This document shows positions 29,013 through 38,432 of a DNA stretch of 64,000 bases, in pieces (the first letter of the stretch is position 1; each line of letters begins with the position of its first letter). The position numbers and the translations under genes were made by a program. Source of the DNA: Candidatus Paceibacter sp. (GTDB lineage Bacteria > Patescibacteriota > Patescibacteriia > S139-126); NCBI GenBank assembly GCA_020724865.1, contig DYGA01000001.1, positions 835 through 64,834 on the forward strand. Reading direction: 5' to 3'. A model generated the notes under the pieces. That model was not told the DNA's origin, did no database searches, and saw only the letters and a program-made list of their open reading frames with translations.

Positions 29013-32000
29013 TTAAGGACAACTTGGTCCAACACAAACGGCGTTATTGACAACACTTTGAGCATATCTTTGCGGATTTGCTCCAAAGCCCCAATTATCC
29101 ATAACTTGAATAGTAATATTATAATTACCCGGCACACCAGCATAAGAGTGATACAAAACATGAGGATCACCAGCAGAAGGCCTTTCGTTAAAGTACCCCT
29201 GAACAATAGTATTAGCTGAACCATCACCCCAGTTAATATTGTAACTACGTAAAGGCAATTGATCATTGGCGATATTGGTAGTAAAACTCAATTTAACCGT
29301 TCCGCCATCAGGTAAACTTACAGTTGAAGAAGCATCATTAATTAAAATATTTCCAATCTGAGGTAAAATACTTGCTCCAATATTATTCCAACCACCACCG
29401 GCAACTTCCACATAACGCCAAGACCCGTTTTCATACTGCCAACGATATTCACCTAAAGATTTAATAAACAACTGACTTAAACTACTTCTAGCTGAAACCG
29501 TATCAGTATTGGGCATCGGACTTGGAGTTTGCCAAGAACCAACACAAACTCCAAAATTGATTCCGTCACCTGAGTAACAACTCTTGGCAGTTTCATCATC
29601 AATACACAAATTACCATTACGAGGGCCACCAACACAAACTGAACCAACACAATTTCCGTTATAACATGCGTAAGGGGTGCCAGCCCTAATATTGGGTCCT
29701 GGATTCAAAGATCCATCGTTCATAGTCAAAGTGTTCGCCGCTTCCACATAAATTGGCTGATTGCCTGGTTCAGTTGGTCGCGAATCCCAAGTAGTAGGAT
29801 CATTTTCATTTTGCATTTGATTGGATCCGTCTTGGAAATAACGAGACAATCCACTCTGATAAACTGCACCAAAGGGAAGACTATCTTTGATATAGTTATA
29901 ATCAAGAGGCGTCACATTGTAACCGCTAAACTGATCAACTCTGGTCCAATAAGGATAAGCTGTGATGTCACCATTTGGTTCAATTTGAGCAACTTTTTCC
30001 AAAACCATACAAGGTTCACGCAAACTATACTCTAATGAATAACCAGCTGCTTGACTACCGCTACTACCACTATAATCATCCATAAATATATAATAAGCTC
30101 TTGGATTTCCTTGTGCTGTAAAAATAACTGCAAAAACTAATAGATCGCTGGAATCGCCACAAGTACCTTCTACCGGCCTATCTTCCCCATAATAAGCAGA
30201 ACTACAATAATTAAACCAAGCATATTCATCATTTGCCATGGCATTAGACAATTCAGTTCCACCATAAGACCCAAAAGCAGCTATCTGATTTTTACTCAAC
30301 CTATGCGCCCTTGTTAAAACAGCCCAATCAGGATACTCACCTCTAGTAGATTTTTTTCTTAAAAATATTTTTTCTATATCATGTTCAAAATATTTATTTT
30401 CAGGGGTACCACTAATATCACGGATTATATACCTCGTACCATCTCCTCTAGAACAACCACCTATTGTAAATCCAACTCCACTTTTAAGACCAGACCAATC
30501 ATCACAACTATTATTTTCAAAAATAAAAGGCTCTTGTCCTACATATGATGGATAAATAGTAAATGCTCCCCTTATTACATTTAATTTATAATTATCATGT
30601 GTGTAGAGCCCATAATTTGGATTAGAACTTTCATTACCCGCTGAAACCGCACAATAATACAACGGTACTTTTTCCTCAAAAACCAATGGTCGTTCATTGA
30701 TTTGGGCTACTGAGCCTTTGATAATATCAATTGGCCACCAGTTCACACAGTAAGCCGGATTTCTGGGATCTGCTTCAGCACAAAAACCTGGCCAACCAAC
30801 ATATGATTTAGTGCCTTTGACATAGTTACACTCAGGCGAAGAACTTTCCGGATATAAACGACAACGTTGGCTAACCAATGTTTCTGGATTATTTTTCACT
30901 TGCAAAGCTGGTAGTATAGTCAAACCATCAATAAACATTGTACCTTCTTTGATATTCAAAAGTTCAGCTCTGATGGTTATATTGTTGGCAGTATTGTTAA
31001 ACTTGATAGAAAACTGTTGCCAACCGCCAACACTATAATCCTGTTTAGTGCCAAATTGGCCTACTGTATTACTGCCTTGTAAAATTCTTATATTAGCTCC
31101 AGCGTTATTATTGTCGGTTGGAATATTTTCCCACCTAATAAACCCAGATAAAATATATTCTGAAGGTGACAACGACAATGGTTGATTTAAGAAAACATTA
31201 CTATTGTCGGCACTGGCGTTGTTAGGACTGATAGAAAGTTTTGCGGCTTTTAAACCAGAAATAGCTTGGCTATCAGGGGTCACCCGACAAGTGCTACCAG
31301 CACTACAATTTGAACTATCTGTATTCCAATAAGGAAATGGAGATTGCAGTGGCTGATTGGTAGTAATAGTGTCTTCAAAACTTGGGTTGTATAAAACGTT
31401 GGCTTCATTGCCAATTTGGATCATTTTACTATATGGTAAATACCCTGGAGTGGTACCATTGCCAGTAGCAAAACCCGACCAACTCATTCCCGCTTTGGTA
31501 TAACCACTCATCATTCGCAAATCTTCGACAGTATAAGGAGCTGTATATCCAGTAGCACCGCTGATTTGTTGGCCGACTATTTCAGTATCTGGCAGTTGAG
31601 GAAAACTATTACATTCGCCACTATCATTTAACCCATTACAAATACCTATATCAAAACATTTATCATCACGATTACCTTCACTATCATAAGCTTGTATACG
31701 CGTTTTACAATACAACCACTCTTCACAGACCCGATCTTTTTGTACTTGTAAAATTATATTGACACTATTTTCCGCAGGATTTGAACTACTAATCGGCACA
31801 CTGCCGTCAGGCGTGGCGGTGGTATAAGCACTAGCCGTATAAGCTTGAGGTGCGCCGTCAACTTTGTTAAACAGTCTGCAACCACGCTCGCGATCAACTA
31901 AACCATTGCAGGCAGCGGTATTGACTGACTGCTCTAAGTAAAAATATGAACTCTTGGTCACATCAGATTCGCCTTCTGGATCAATGTATTGACTACAACC

Positions 32001-35000
32001 CATTGCTTCTGGAGAACAAAGCCCTACCCAACCGTCATAATTTGGATCTGTGCTTGGTATTGGTTGCGAGGGATAAGATTGTAAATCTGGACAAAACTCT
32101 TCAGTGCCAGTTTTGTACCAATTAGCCTGAGTACGACCGGGTAATAATTTATATTCACAAGTGCGATTAGCCGGATCTATCAAAAAGGCTGTGGCTCCGG
32201 TGCGTTCATTGGTGTATTGTTCACAGTAAAGCCCGCCAACACCGCACATTGTCGTATTATAATTTTCTGGATTATCAATAATATATTTATCATTGAAAGC
32301 AACTACTGCTCTATTGTCAGATTGACGATTTAAAATAGCTTCTCCCGCCAAAGTACAACCAGCAAACTGACCAGCACAATATTTTTCTTGATCATCAACC
32401 AAGTATACTATAGTGTCAGCTGGCACCGTAACATCATCAAATCCTTGCGGATCAGAAAAGGCGTTATTGCCGGTGTTGTAAGTTTGACTATAAGGAGAAT
32501 TGGAATTTTTGGTATCAATCAAAGCTTTACAGCCCACCTTGGAATCACTACAGAGAGATGTAAAACTAAGCAAGTTTATTTGATTGCCCTTAACATCACG
32601 ATAAGCCTGACAACCCAACTGAGCGCCCACAAAAGGTTGATTACAAATTGCCGGAGTTTCCCAAGAATCATCTATTAAATAATAACTATCTGTTACTTCT
32701 CTAACTATAACATTATCTAGGTAAGCGTTGACTGCATTGGTTTGTAAAAATTCATAAGCAGCGACTTCCCGATCAAAATTAACTGGCCCGAGTCGATAAT
32801 ACTGCCATTCATCAGTCAAACTAACTGTGCCAAAGCTACGCTGCGAACCAGCTATGGGTTGTAAATCTGTAAATTGAATTATATTTTGAGCTTTAGCTTG
32901 TTTGATAAATGCTAATTGCTTGGAGTCTTTTTGAGTAATTTGACTAACTTGGTAAGCTTGAATTTCAAAAGATAAATTAGCCGCCGATCCTGCGCTTCTG
33001 GCCCAAAAAGAAATAGTATAATTTTTACCTTGTTTGATAATTTCTCTGACAGATTTATGTGCCCGAACACCTGACAACTGTAAAGAGTGTCCGCCTACAT
33101 ACACTGATTCACTAGAATTAAATCCATTAGTCCAACCCTCGCTAGTGCCAGATTCAAAATCATCGTTGACTATAATAGTAACCACATTACCTTGATTACC
33201 TCGATATTCTTTACAACCTACAACTTCGGCACGACAAGACCGACTAAAAGATTCAATGCCATAAATAACACTAGAATCCACTGTGCGACGGAAAGGATGA
33301 CAATCATCAGTAGCATAAGTTACAGTCATAATATCCCGTGACCAACTACTACCTTCCGCATCAATAAAGGTGCGACAATTTAGCGGATCATTAGTAGGAT
33401 CACAACTATTACCAGTGGGCGCTCCACCACCAGCTGACTGTAAACGCCAAGTTTTCAATTGATAACCAGCTGTATCACTACCTTCCCAAGTATAAAAAAC
33501 TTTGGCTGCTGGATCGTTGGGCAATATACACTCTCTAATAAAAGTGAAATATCTTATTCCTTCGCCGCCTTGAGCAACCTCATCTAAATTGGTAAATTGT
33601 TCACAACCAACATCGCTTAAACGACAGCTAGTTGCAGAAGCAGGAATTATATTTTCAATACTAGGAGTCAGTAAAGGATTTGCTCTTTGTTCAAAATAAG
33701 TTGGCACCTCTAAATATTGATCATAACCTATACACGAAGCACTGCAATAATCATTACTGCCTAAAACCGCGGGCACGGGTGGATCGCCATTGATTGGAGT
33801 ATATAAACTACAACCAACTTCAGCAGCCGTACAACTTTGAGCATAATTATCACATTCGGAGTCACGGTTAGGATCGTTGACATCAGCTGGACAATTCAAA
33901 TAACTTGGTGCTTTCTTCATATTTTTTTCCTGAATCAACCCCCATTCACCATAAGAATCAAGTATCCCAGCATCAGCATAAATACTCTGATTATTTTGGA
34001 TATATTGGAATATTGATTGGGTCGTGGCTTCATAACCATCAGGCGCAGTTATATTTGTAAGTTCTATGAATTTATTACAACCCTCGTCTTTCGAACTGCA
34101 AGTCTTTACTTGATTATTGAAATATCGCGCATAACTTATGTCACCTAAATCACTGCGATTGTAAACATCACCAAAGGTAATTTGATTGTCACTACCAAAA
34201 CCGTTGGTAGTTTGATTCCAAATATCATCTGCCCAGTAGCCACTTGGAGTTTTATACATACTGTACCATCGGCAACCAACTTGTGACGAATCGCAAGTTT
34301 GCATAGTAGCAGTCAAATAAGAAATTTTATCACTGGTTGATTTTTTTACATATGTTTCACATGTAGAAAACTGAGGGAGACAAGCTTGTCCTTGAAAATT
34401 CCAAGTATTTTTTTCCTTGGTACAATAGCCATATTTTTGACAGGTGCCATTGGGATTTTCAACAATACAAGTCTGCTCGTCTGCACAATAATTTGCTCTT
34501 TGTAATGATTCTTCACTAACTCTTATGGTTCCACCAAAACCATCTGCCACTTCAGTTTCAACGTTTACACGTTGTGATATTTGCGGACCCGGACCTTCTA
34601 TACGACAATCATATTCTGGTAATTTCAAAACCCAATTTGGATCTATAAGATGATAAAATGGAGAAGTTGAAGAACTAAAGGCCTGAAAGTTATCAGCTGG
34701 TGTACCCATAACTTGAGCCAGAGTAAATGTTTCGTTGTTGGTATTTATATCTTTGATATAAAGGGCGGCCAATTCCCAAGTAACCGGAATTATTCTGTAT
34801 TTCCGCATAAAGACTAAACTACGATAAGGGTAACCATTGGTATAAGATGGTTCACTACCATCACTCAAAAAACCAAATGGTTTATTGGGATCCAGATAAC
34901 CTTGCTCAATCGCTTGTCTGACGGTCAAACGTTGGTCAATCGCTGTCGCTAAATTATTATCAATAATACAATTATCAAATAAACGAGCTTGATTTTCTGG

Positions 35001-36089
35001 TGGACAGGACGAGAGTTTGCCCAAAACATCTACACTTCCGCCGCCACGAAAAGATGGAATTATAAATTCTGCATAACTAGCATCTGCGCCTCTGGTTGCA
35101 TAAGAACTGGCAAAATCTCTTGGACCGCCACCGGTAGCGCCACCTTTGCCAGCCAAAACACCTTTTTGTAATCTTTGCAAAAATTTAGACGCTAAAGTAT
35201 TGGTAAATGTCCGCAAAGCATCAGCGGCGATATCACCAGTCAAAGTGGTCCAACCAGAATCAACTGATTTTTCTGCAGTTGCTCCTAGCCAATTTTTTAT
35301 ATCCAAAGCTGGGGTCTTAATAGATTCAAATCCTAAATCACCAATCGGAGATTTTAAACTCTTAACATCTGATTCAATTGACCTAATCAAAGTGGCCATT
35401 TGCTCATCTTGAGCTCTTTTGGTGGAAATATTGGAATATAAAATAAACTGAGCCCCTAAATCATTTGATCGGGGATTAAAATATTGAGCTAACAAGTGAA
35501 AATTTTCTGCATCAAGTAATCGTAAATCAGGTTTTTGTCCATTGATGGATACGTTCAATAATTTAGTTTTTAAAATATCATTGAAAGTGCAGGTTGCTCT
35601 TTGCGGTTCAAAAGCTTGTTTGGTTCTTAAAATCAACTGTAATTTTATATTAGCATTATAAGGTTCACACAAACTGACACCAAATGTGCCTTTAGCTAAC
35701 TCATCCAACCCCTTACCAATCGCCTCATCGCCAATTCCTCTAATATAAGCTCCAATACCTTCATCCCAATACAAAGGTTTTTGTCCTTTATCACCAGTAG
35801 CCAGCCAAGTAGCTGTATCATAAGCTACTCTTTGTAAGAAATAGTCTAGAGCATTTTTGTAAACAATTTTAGCTGCCCTTTGTACAAAAAACCAAATTTT
35901 TTCGGCAATTGAAACTTCAATCTGAGGTTTGCTAACCAATTCAACTGTAGGAGTAGGAACACCAATAGCTTTAATATTTTTTATCGGCAATATATAGCCA
36001 CCTAAAATAAAAAATAAAAACAAAACCAAAAACAAAGATCTGATACTTGTCTTTTTTTGATCTTTGCCTGGTTTAATATTTTTTGGCAT
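29013..36089 (-). CDS. Giant (2358 aa) secreted/membrane-anchored Cys-rich surface protein with C-terminal PKD domain and lectin/CBM-like beta-sandwich regions; candidate adhesin of the T4SS-like system
   Basis: Uninterrupted ORF; N-terminal TM/signal LFLVLFLFFILGGYILPI; >100 Cys and many Trp/Tyr/Asn/Gly; C-terminal INWGDGSANTIV...LYHSYAGVPGNYNITIQVMDNWG matches the PKD motif (WDFGDGS...H.Y...G.Y.VTL.V.D..G); mid-region GGHSLQLSG...YTISFWARSAGSAANLSFEIQAY is CBM-like. Confidence 0.6.
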   Translation of the reverse strand: MPKNIKPGKDQKKTSIRSLFLVLFLFFILGGYILPIKNIKAIGVPTPTVELVSKPQIEVSIAEKIWFFVQRAAKIVYKNALDYFLQRVAYDTATWLATGDKGQKPLYWDEGIGAYIRGIGDEAIGKGLDELAKGTFGVSLCEPYNANIKLQLILRTKQAFEPQRATCTFNDILKTKLLNVSINGQKPDLRLLDAENFHLLAQYFNPRSNDLGAQFILYSNISTKRAQDEQMATLIRSIESDVKSLKSPIGDLGFESIKTPALDIKNWLGATAEKSVDSGWTTLTGDIAADALRTFTNTLASKFLQRLQKGVLAGKGGATGGGPRDFASSYATRGADASYAEFIIPSFRGGGSVDVLGKLSSCPPENQARLFDNCIIDNNLATAIDQRLTVRQAIEQGYLDPNKPFGFLSDGSEPSYTNGYPYRSLVFMRKYRIIPVTWELAALYIKDINTNNETFTLAQVMGTPADNFQAFSSSTSPFYHLIDPNWVLKLPEYDCRIEGPGPQISQRVNVETEVADGFGGTIRVSEESLQRANYCADEQTCIVENPNGTCQKYGYCTKEKNTWNFQGQACLPQFSTCETYVKKSTSDKISYLTATMQTCDSSQVGCRWYSMYKTPSGYWADDIWNQTTNGFGSDNQITFGDVYNRSDLGDISYARYFNNQVKTCSSKDEGCNKFIELTNITAPDGYEATTQSIFQYIQNNQSIYADAGILDSYGEWGLIQEKNMKKAPSYLNCPADVNDPNRDSECDNYAQSCTAAEVGCSLYTPINGDPPVPAVLGSNDYCSASCIGYDQYLEVPTYFEQRANPLLTPSIENIIPASATSCRLSDVGCEQFTNLDEVAQGGEGIRYFTFIRECILPNDPAAKVFYTWEGSDTAGYQLKTWRLQSAGGGAPTGNSCDPTNDPLNCRTFIDAEGSSWSRDIMTVTYATDDCHPFRRTVDSSVIYGIESFSRSCRAEVVGCKEYRGNQGNVVTIIVNDDFESGTSEGWTNGFNSSESVYVGGHSLQLSGVRAHKSVREIIKQGKNYTISFWARSAGSAANLSFEIQAYQVSQITQKDSKQLAFIKQAKAQNIIQFTDLQPIAGSQRSFGTVSLTDEWQYYRLGPVNFDREVAAYEFLQTNAVNAYLDNVIVREVTDSYYLIDDSWETPAICNQPFVGAQLGCQAYRDVKGNQINLLSFTSLCSDSKVGCKALIDTKNSNSPYSQTYNTGNNAFSDPQGFDDVTVPADTIVYLVDDQEKYCAGQFAGCTLAGEAILNRQSDNRAVVAFNDKYIIDNPENYNTTMCGVGGLYCEQYTNERTGATAFLIDPANRTCEYKLLPGRTQANWYKTGTEEFCPDLQSYPSQPIPSTDPNYDGWVGLCSPEAMGCSQYIDPEGESDVTKSSYFYLEQSVNTAACNGLVDRERGCRLFNKVDGAPQAYTASAYTTATPDGSVPISSSNPAENSVNIILQVQKDRVCEEWLYCKTRIQAYDSEGNRDDKCFDIGICNGLNDSGECNSFPQLPDTEIVGQQISGATGYTAPYTVEDLRMMSGYTKAGMSWSGFATGNGTTPGYLPYSKMIQIGNEANVLYNPSFEDTITTNQPLQSPFPYWNTDSSNCSAGSTCRVTPDSQAISGLKAAKLSISPNNASADNSNVFLNQPLSLSPSEYILSGFIRWENIPTDNNNAGANIRILQGSNTVGQFGTKQDYSVGGWQQFSIKFNNTANNITIRAELLNIKEGTMFIDGLTILPALQVKNNPETLVSQRCRLYPESSSPECNYVKGTKSYVGWPGFCAEADPRNPAYCVNWWPIDIIKGSVAQINERPLVFEEKVPLYYCAVSAGNESSNPNYGLYTHDNYKLNVIRGAFTIYPSYVGQEPFIFENNSCDDWSGLKSGVGFTIGGCSRGDGTRYIIRDISGTPENKYFEHDIEKIFLRKKSTRGEYPDWAVLTRAHRLSKNQIAAFGSYGGTELSNAMANDEYAWFNYCSSAYYGEDRPVEGTCGDSSDLLVFAVIFTAQGNPRAYYIFMDDYSGSSGSQAAGYSLEYSLREPCMVLEKVAQIEPNGDITAYPYWTRVDQFSGYNVTPLDYNYIKDSLPFGAVYQSGLSRYFQDGSNQMQNENDPTTWDSRPTEPGNQPIYVEAANTLTMNDGSLNPGPNIRAGTPYACYNGNCVGSVCVGGPRNGNLCIDDETAKSCYSGDGINFGVCVGSWQTPSPMPNTDTVSARSSLSQLFIKSLGEYRWQYENGSWRYVEVAGGGWNNIGASILPQIGNILINDASSTVSLPDGGTVKLSFTTNIANDQLPLRSYNINWGDGSANTIVQGYFNERPSAGDPHVLYHSYAGVPGNYNITIQVMDNWGFGANPQRYAQSVVNNAVCVGPSCP

Positions 36090-36106
36090 AAATTATTAAT
36101 TTTAAA

Positions 36107-36871
36107 TTAATTACCTTCTGCCCTGATCTGTTCATATATATCCATCAACTCTTGATCGCTGTAAGCATTAACTTGTTCGGCAGGCACACCATTGGCAATC
36201 AATAATTCTCGCAATTGCGCTGGGGAAGAAATAACCGGTTCAGCCGTGGTAGTATTATTATTTTGACCAGAAATTGTTCCTACTTGATTTTCAGTTTCCA
36301 GATATGCTTGTAAAAACATCTGTTCTAATGAGGCATCATCAATTTCATCCAAAGTTGCCTGGTCTAACCCGCTATTTATAAGTAATTGTCTAATTTCTGC
36401 GGGAGTAATTTTATAAGGATCTATCAACGCATCAGTAGTGACTTTGGCTTGACTAGATGTAGTTACTGTCTGACTATCTACTAAACATTTTTGACCAGCT
36501 GGACAAAGTGGGTCATTACCAGTTTCTATTTCCAATTTATCAAAATAACTATCAGAATCAGAATCTTCCAAATAGGGAGAAGTTCCATAGACATACAGTT
36601 CATCATAATCTGATAAACCATCGTTATCCGTATCTTTTGTTCTCAGTTCGGTTAAACTTTTAATTTGATCTTCAACCGAATTTTGTACCTGTGATTGGGC
36701 AAGAAGTTTACTCTTATCAATTTGAAATGGGCTTTTAATAGTATTAAGTATTCGCCACGAGCCAAAAATTAACGCAATTAAACCAATTATAAGAAAAAAT
36801 CTTCCTTGATTCTTAGGAACAGTAAAAATTTTTTTTAATTTTTCAAATAATATACCTTTTACCCTACCCAC
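36107..36871 (-). CDS. Membrane-anchored protein with thrombospondin type-3-like calcium-binding repeats
   Basis: N-terminal TM; DTDNDGLSDYDELYVYGTSPYLEDSDSDSYFD matches the DxDxDGxxDxxE Ca-binding repeat. Confidence 0.5.
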   Translation of the reverse strand: MGRVKGILFEKLKKIFTVPKNQGRFFLIIGLIALIFGSWRILNTIKSPFQIDKSKLLAQSQVQNSVEDQIKSLTELRTKDTDNDGLSDYDELYVYGTSPYLEDSDSDSYFDKLEIETGNDPLCPAGQKCLVDSQTVTTSSQAKVTTDALIDPYKITPAEIRQLLINSGLDQATLDEIDDASLEQMFLQAYLETENQVGTISGQNNNTTTAEPVISSPAQLRELLIANGVPAEQVNAYSDQELMDIYEQIRAEGN

Positions 36872-36937
36872 ATTATTATAAAATATATTTTCTTAACTTT
36901 ATTATAACAGATTTTTTAAAAATAGTCAAAGTAAAAA

Positions 36938-37042
36938 ACCACTAATTACTAATAACTAATTGTTAATTACTAATGAATGACTAAATGAAATTAATTAATG
37001 AATTAAATAATTAAAAAATTCATTAATCATTAGTTATTAATA
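36938..37042. repeat. Palindromic AT-rich intergenic element of the ATTAGTAATTAGT family
   Basis: actaattactaataactaattg ... cattagttattaataattagtaattt inverted arms. Confidence 0.5.
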
Positions 37043-37043
37043 A

Positions 37044-37859
37044 TTAGTAATTTAATTCAGAAACTAACCTCTGCCACTGTTCTAAATCCAATTCCTGCGC
37101 TCGGGCTAATGGTTTTATGTTTAATTTATCAAAAATTGATTTGATTTCAGATTTTTCCATTTTCAATCCAGCTACTAAATTGTGAATAAAAGTTTTTCTT
37201 TTACTAGAAAAACCAATTCGTGCTAATTGCCAAAATTTTTTTTCGTGATTCTTATCTATAACTTTATCAACCACAATTTTCACAATTGCTGAATCTACTT
37301 TGGGACGAGGAAAAAATTTTCCACTTGTTACTCGTCTAACAATTTTTGGCGTACCATAATATTGAACGGCTAACGATAATAAACTGTGTTTTCCTGTCCC
37401 AGCGCAAATTCTTTCTGCCACCTCTTTTTGTACCAAAAATACAATCAGACTAGGACGGTTTTGAGTAGTCAAAAATTTTCTAATTATTTTACCAGTAATA
37501 TAATAAGGAATATTGCCAACTAATTTATAGTTAGTTGGCAATAACCTTTCATCATATTGCAAAATATCACTATTGATCAATTCTAAATGAGGACTCAATG
37601 GTTGTAAGTTAGCTAAAATTGGCATAAGTTTTTCATCAGCTTCGACAGCAATTACTTTTTTAGCTTTGGCCAATAACTTACTGGTTAGAAAACCTAGCCC
37701 CGGACCAATTTCCAACACTATATCAGTATCATTAATATCAGCGCTGTTGACTATCTCGTCATAAACTTTTTCACTAATTAAAAAATTTTGCCCCTGAATA
37801 CGATTGGGTTTAAGATTATATTTTTTTAAAATAAAAGATGTAGCTGCAGAAATATCCAT
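37044..37859 (-). CDS. rsmA: 16S rRNA (adenine1518/1519-N6) dimethyltransferase RsmA/KsgA
   Basis: SAM-binding VLEIGPGLGFLT; NIPYYITGKI motif; size and order typical of KsgA. Confidence 0.9.
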   Translation of the reverse strand: MDISAATSFILKKYNLKPNRIQGQNFLISEKVYDEIVNSADINDTDIVLEIGPGLGFLTSKLLAKAKKVIAVEADEKLMPILANLQPLSPHLELINSDILQYDERLLPTNYKLVGNIPYYITGKIIRKFLTTQNRPSLIVFLVQKEVAERICAGTGKHSLLSLAVQYYGTPKIVRRVTSGKFFPRPKVDSAIVKIVVDKVIDKNHEKKFWQLARIGFSSKRKTFIHNLVAGLKMEKSEIKSIFDKLNIKPLARAQELDLEQWQRLVSELNY

Positions 37860-38432
37860 AAAGTAATAATTATAAATTTTAAATTATAAAATATAATTAA
37901 CAAAATTTATAACTTAAAATTTATAATTTTATTTCAATCTCTCATTGTCGTAATGCAATAAGTTTACCCTTTTCCCAGTCAACAATAGTTGAAGACTTTG
38001 GTTTTGATTTTAGCTTAATCCAGTAATAATCAAATCGGGCTTAAATTTTTTATTTTTAAACTGTTTAATCACCTGACAGTCAAAAAACCGGGTCAATATT
38101 TTTTTACTAATTTATCTAATACTTTTGGCACATAAAAAAATTTTGCACTATATAATTCGTCCTTTTACTTTATCTGATAAATTTTTAACTCCCGGCGATT
38201 AATGGCATCAGTAATAAGTCCACAAAATGTTTTGCTGGGCATAGCTAATACTTATCCGGCTGGCAATCTTTTTACTAAGTCGGATAAAACTACTTCTACT
38301 ATATTAAGCAATTGCATTAATGATAATTATAAATTATTAATAACTAATTACTAATCAATTTTTGAATTTTTAATTTTTTAAATAAATTTAAATTACAAAA
38401 TATTAAAAATTATAAAATTACAAAATTTGAAA

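Noticed and set aside
29811-35412. Several 60-96-aa plus-strand ORFs (29811-30035, 32388-32678, 34989-35171, 35146-35412) and similar antisense ORFs inside clpC, recG, pnp, leuS, the ABC gene etc.
   Set aside because: All are embedded antisense within long, well-supported genes; treated as shadow ORFs
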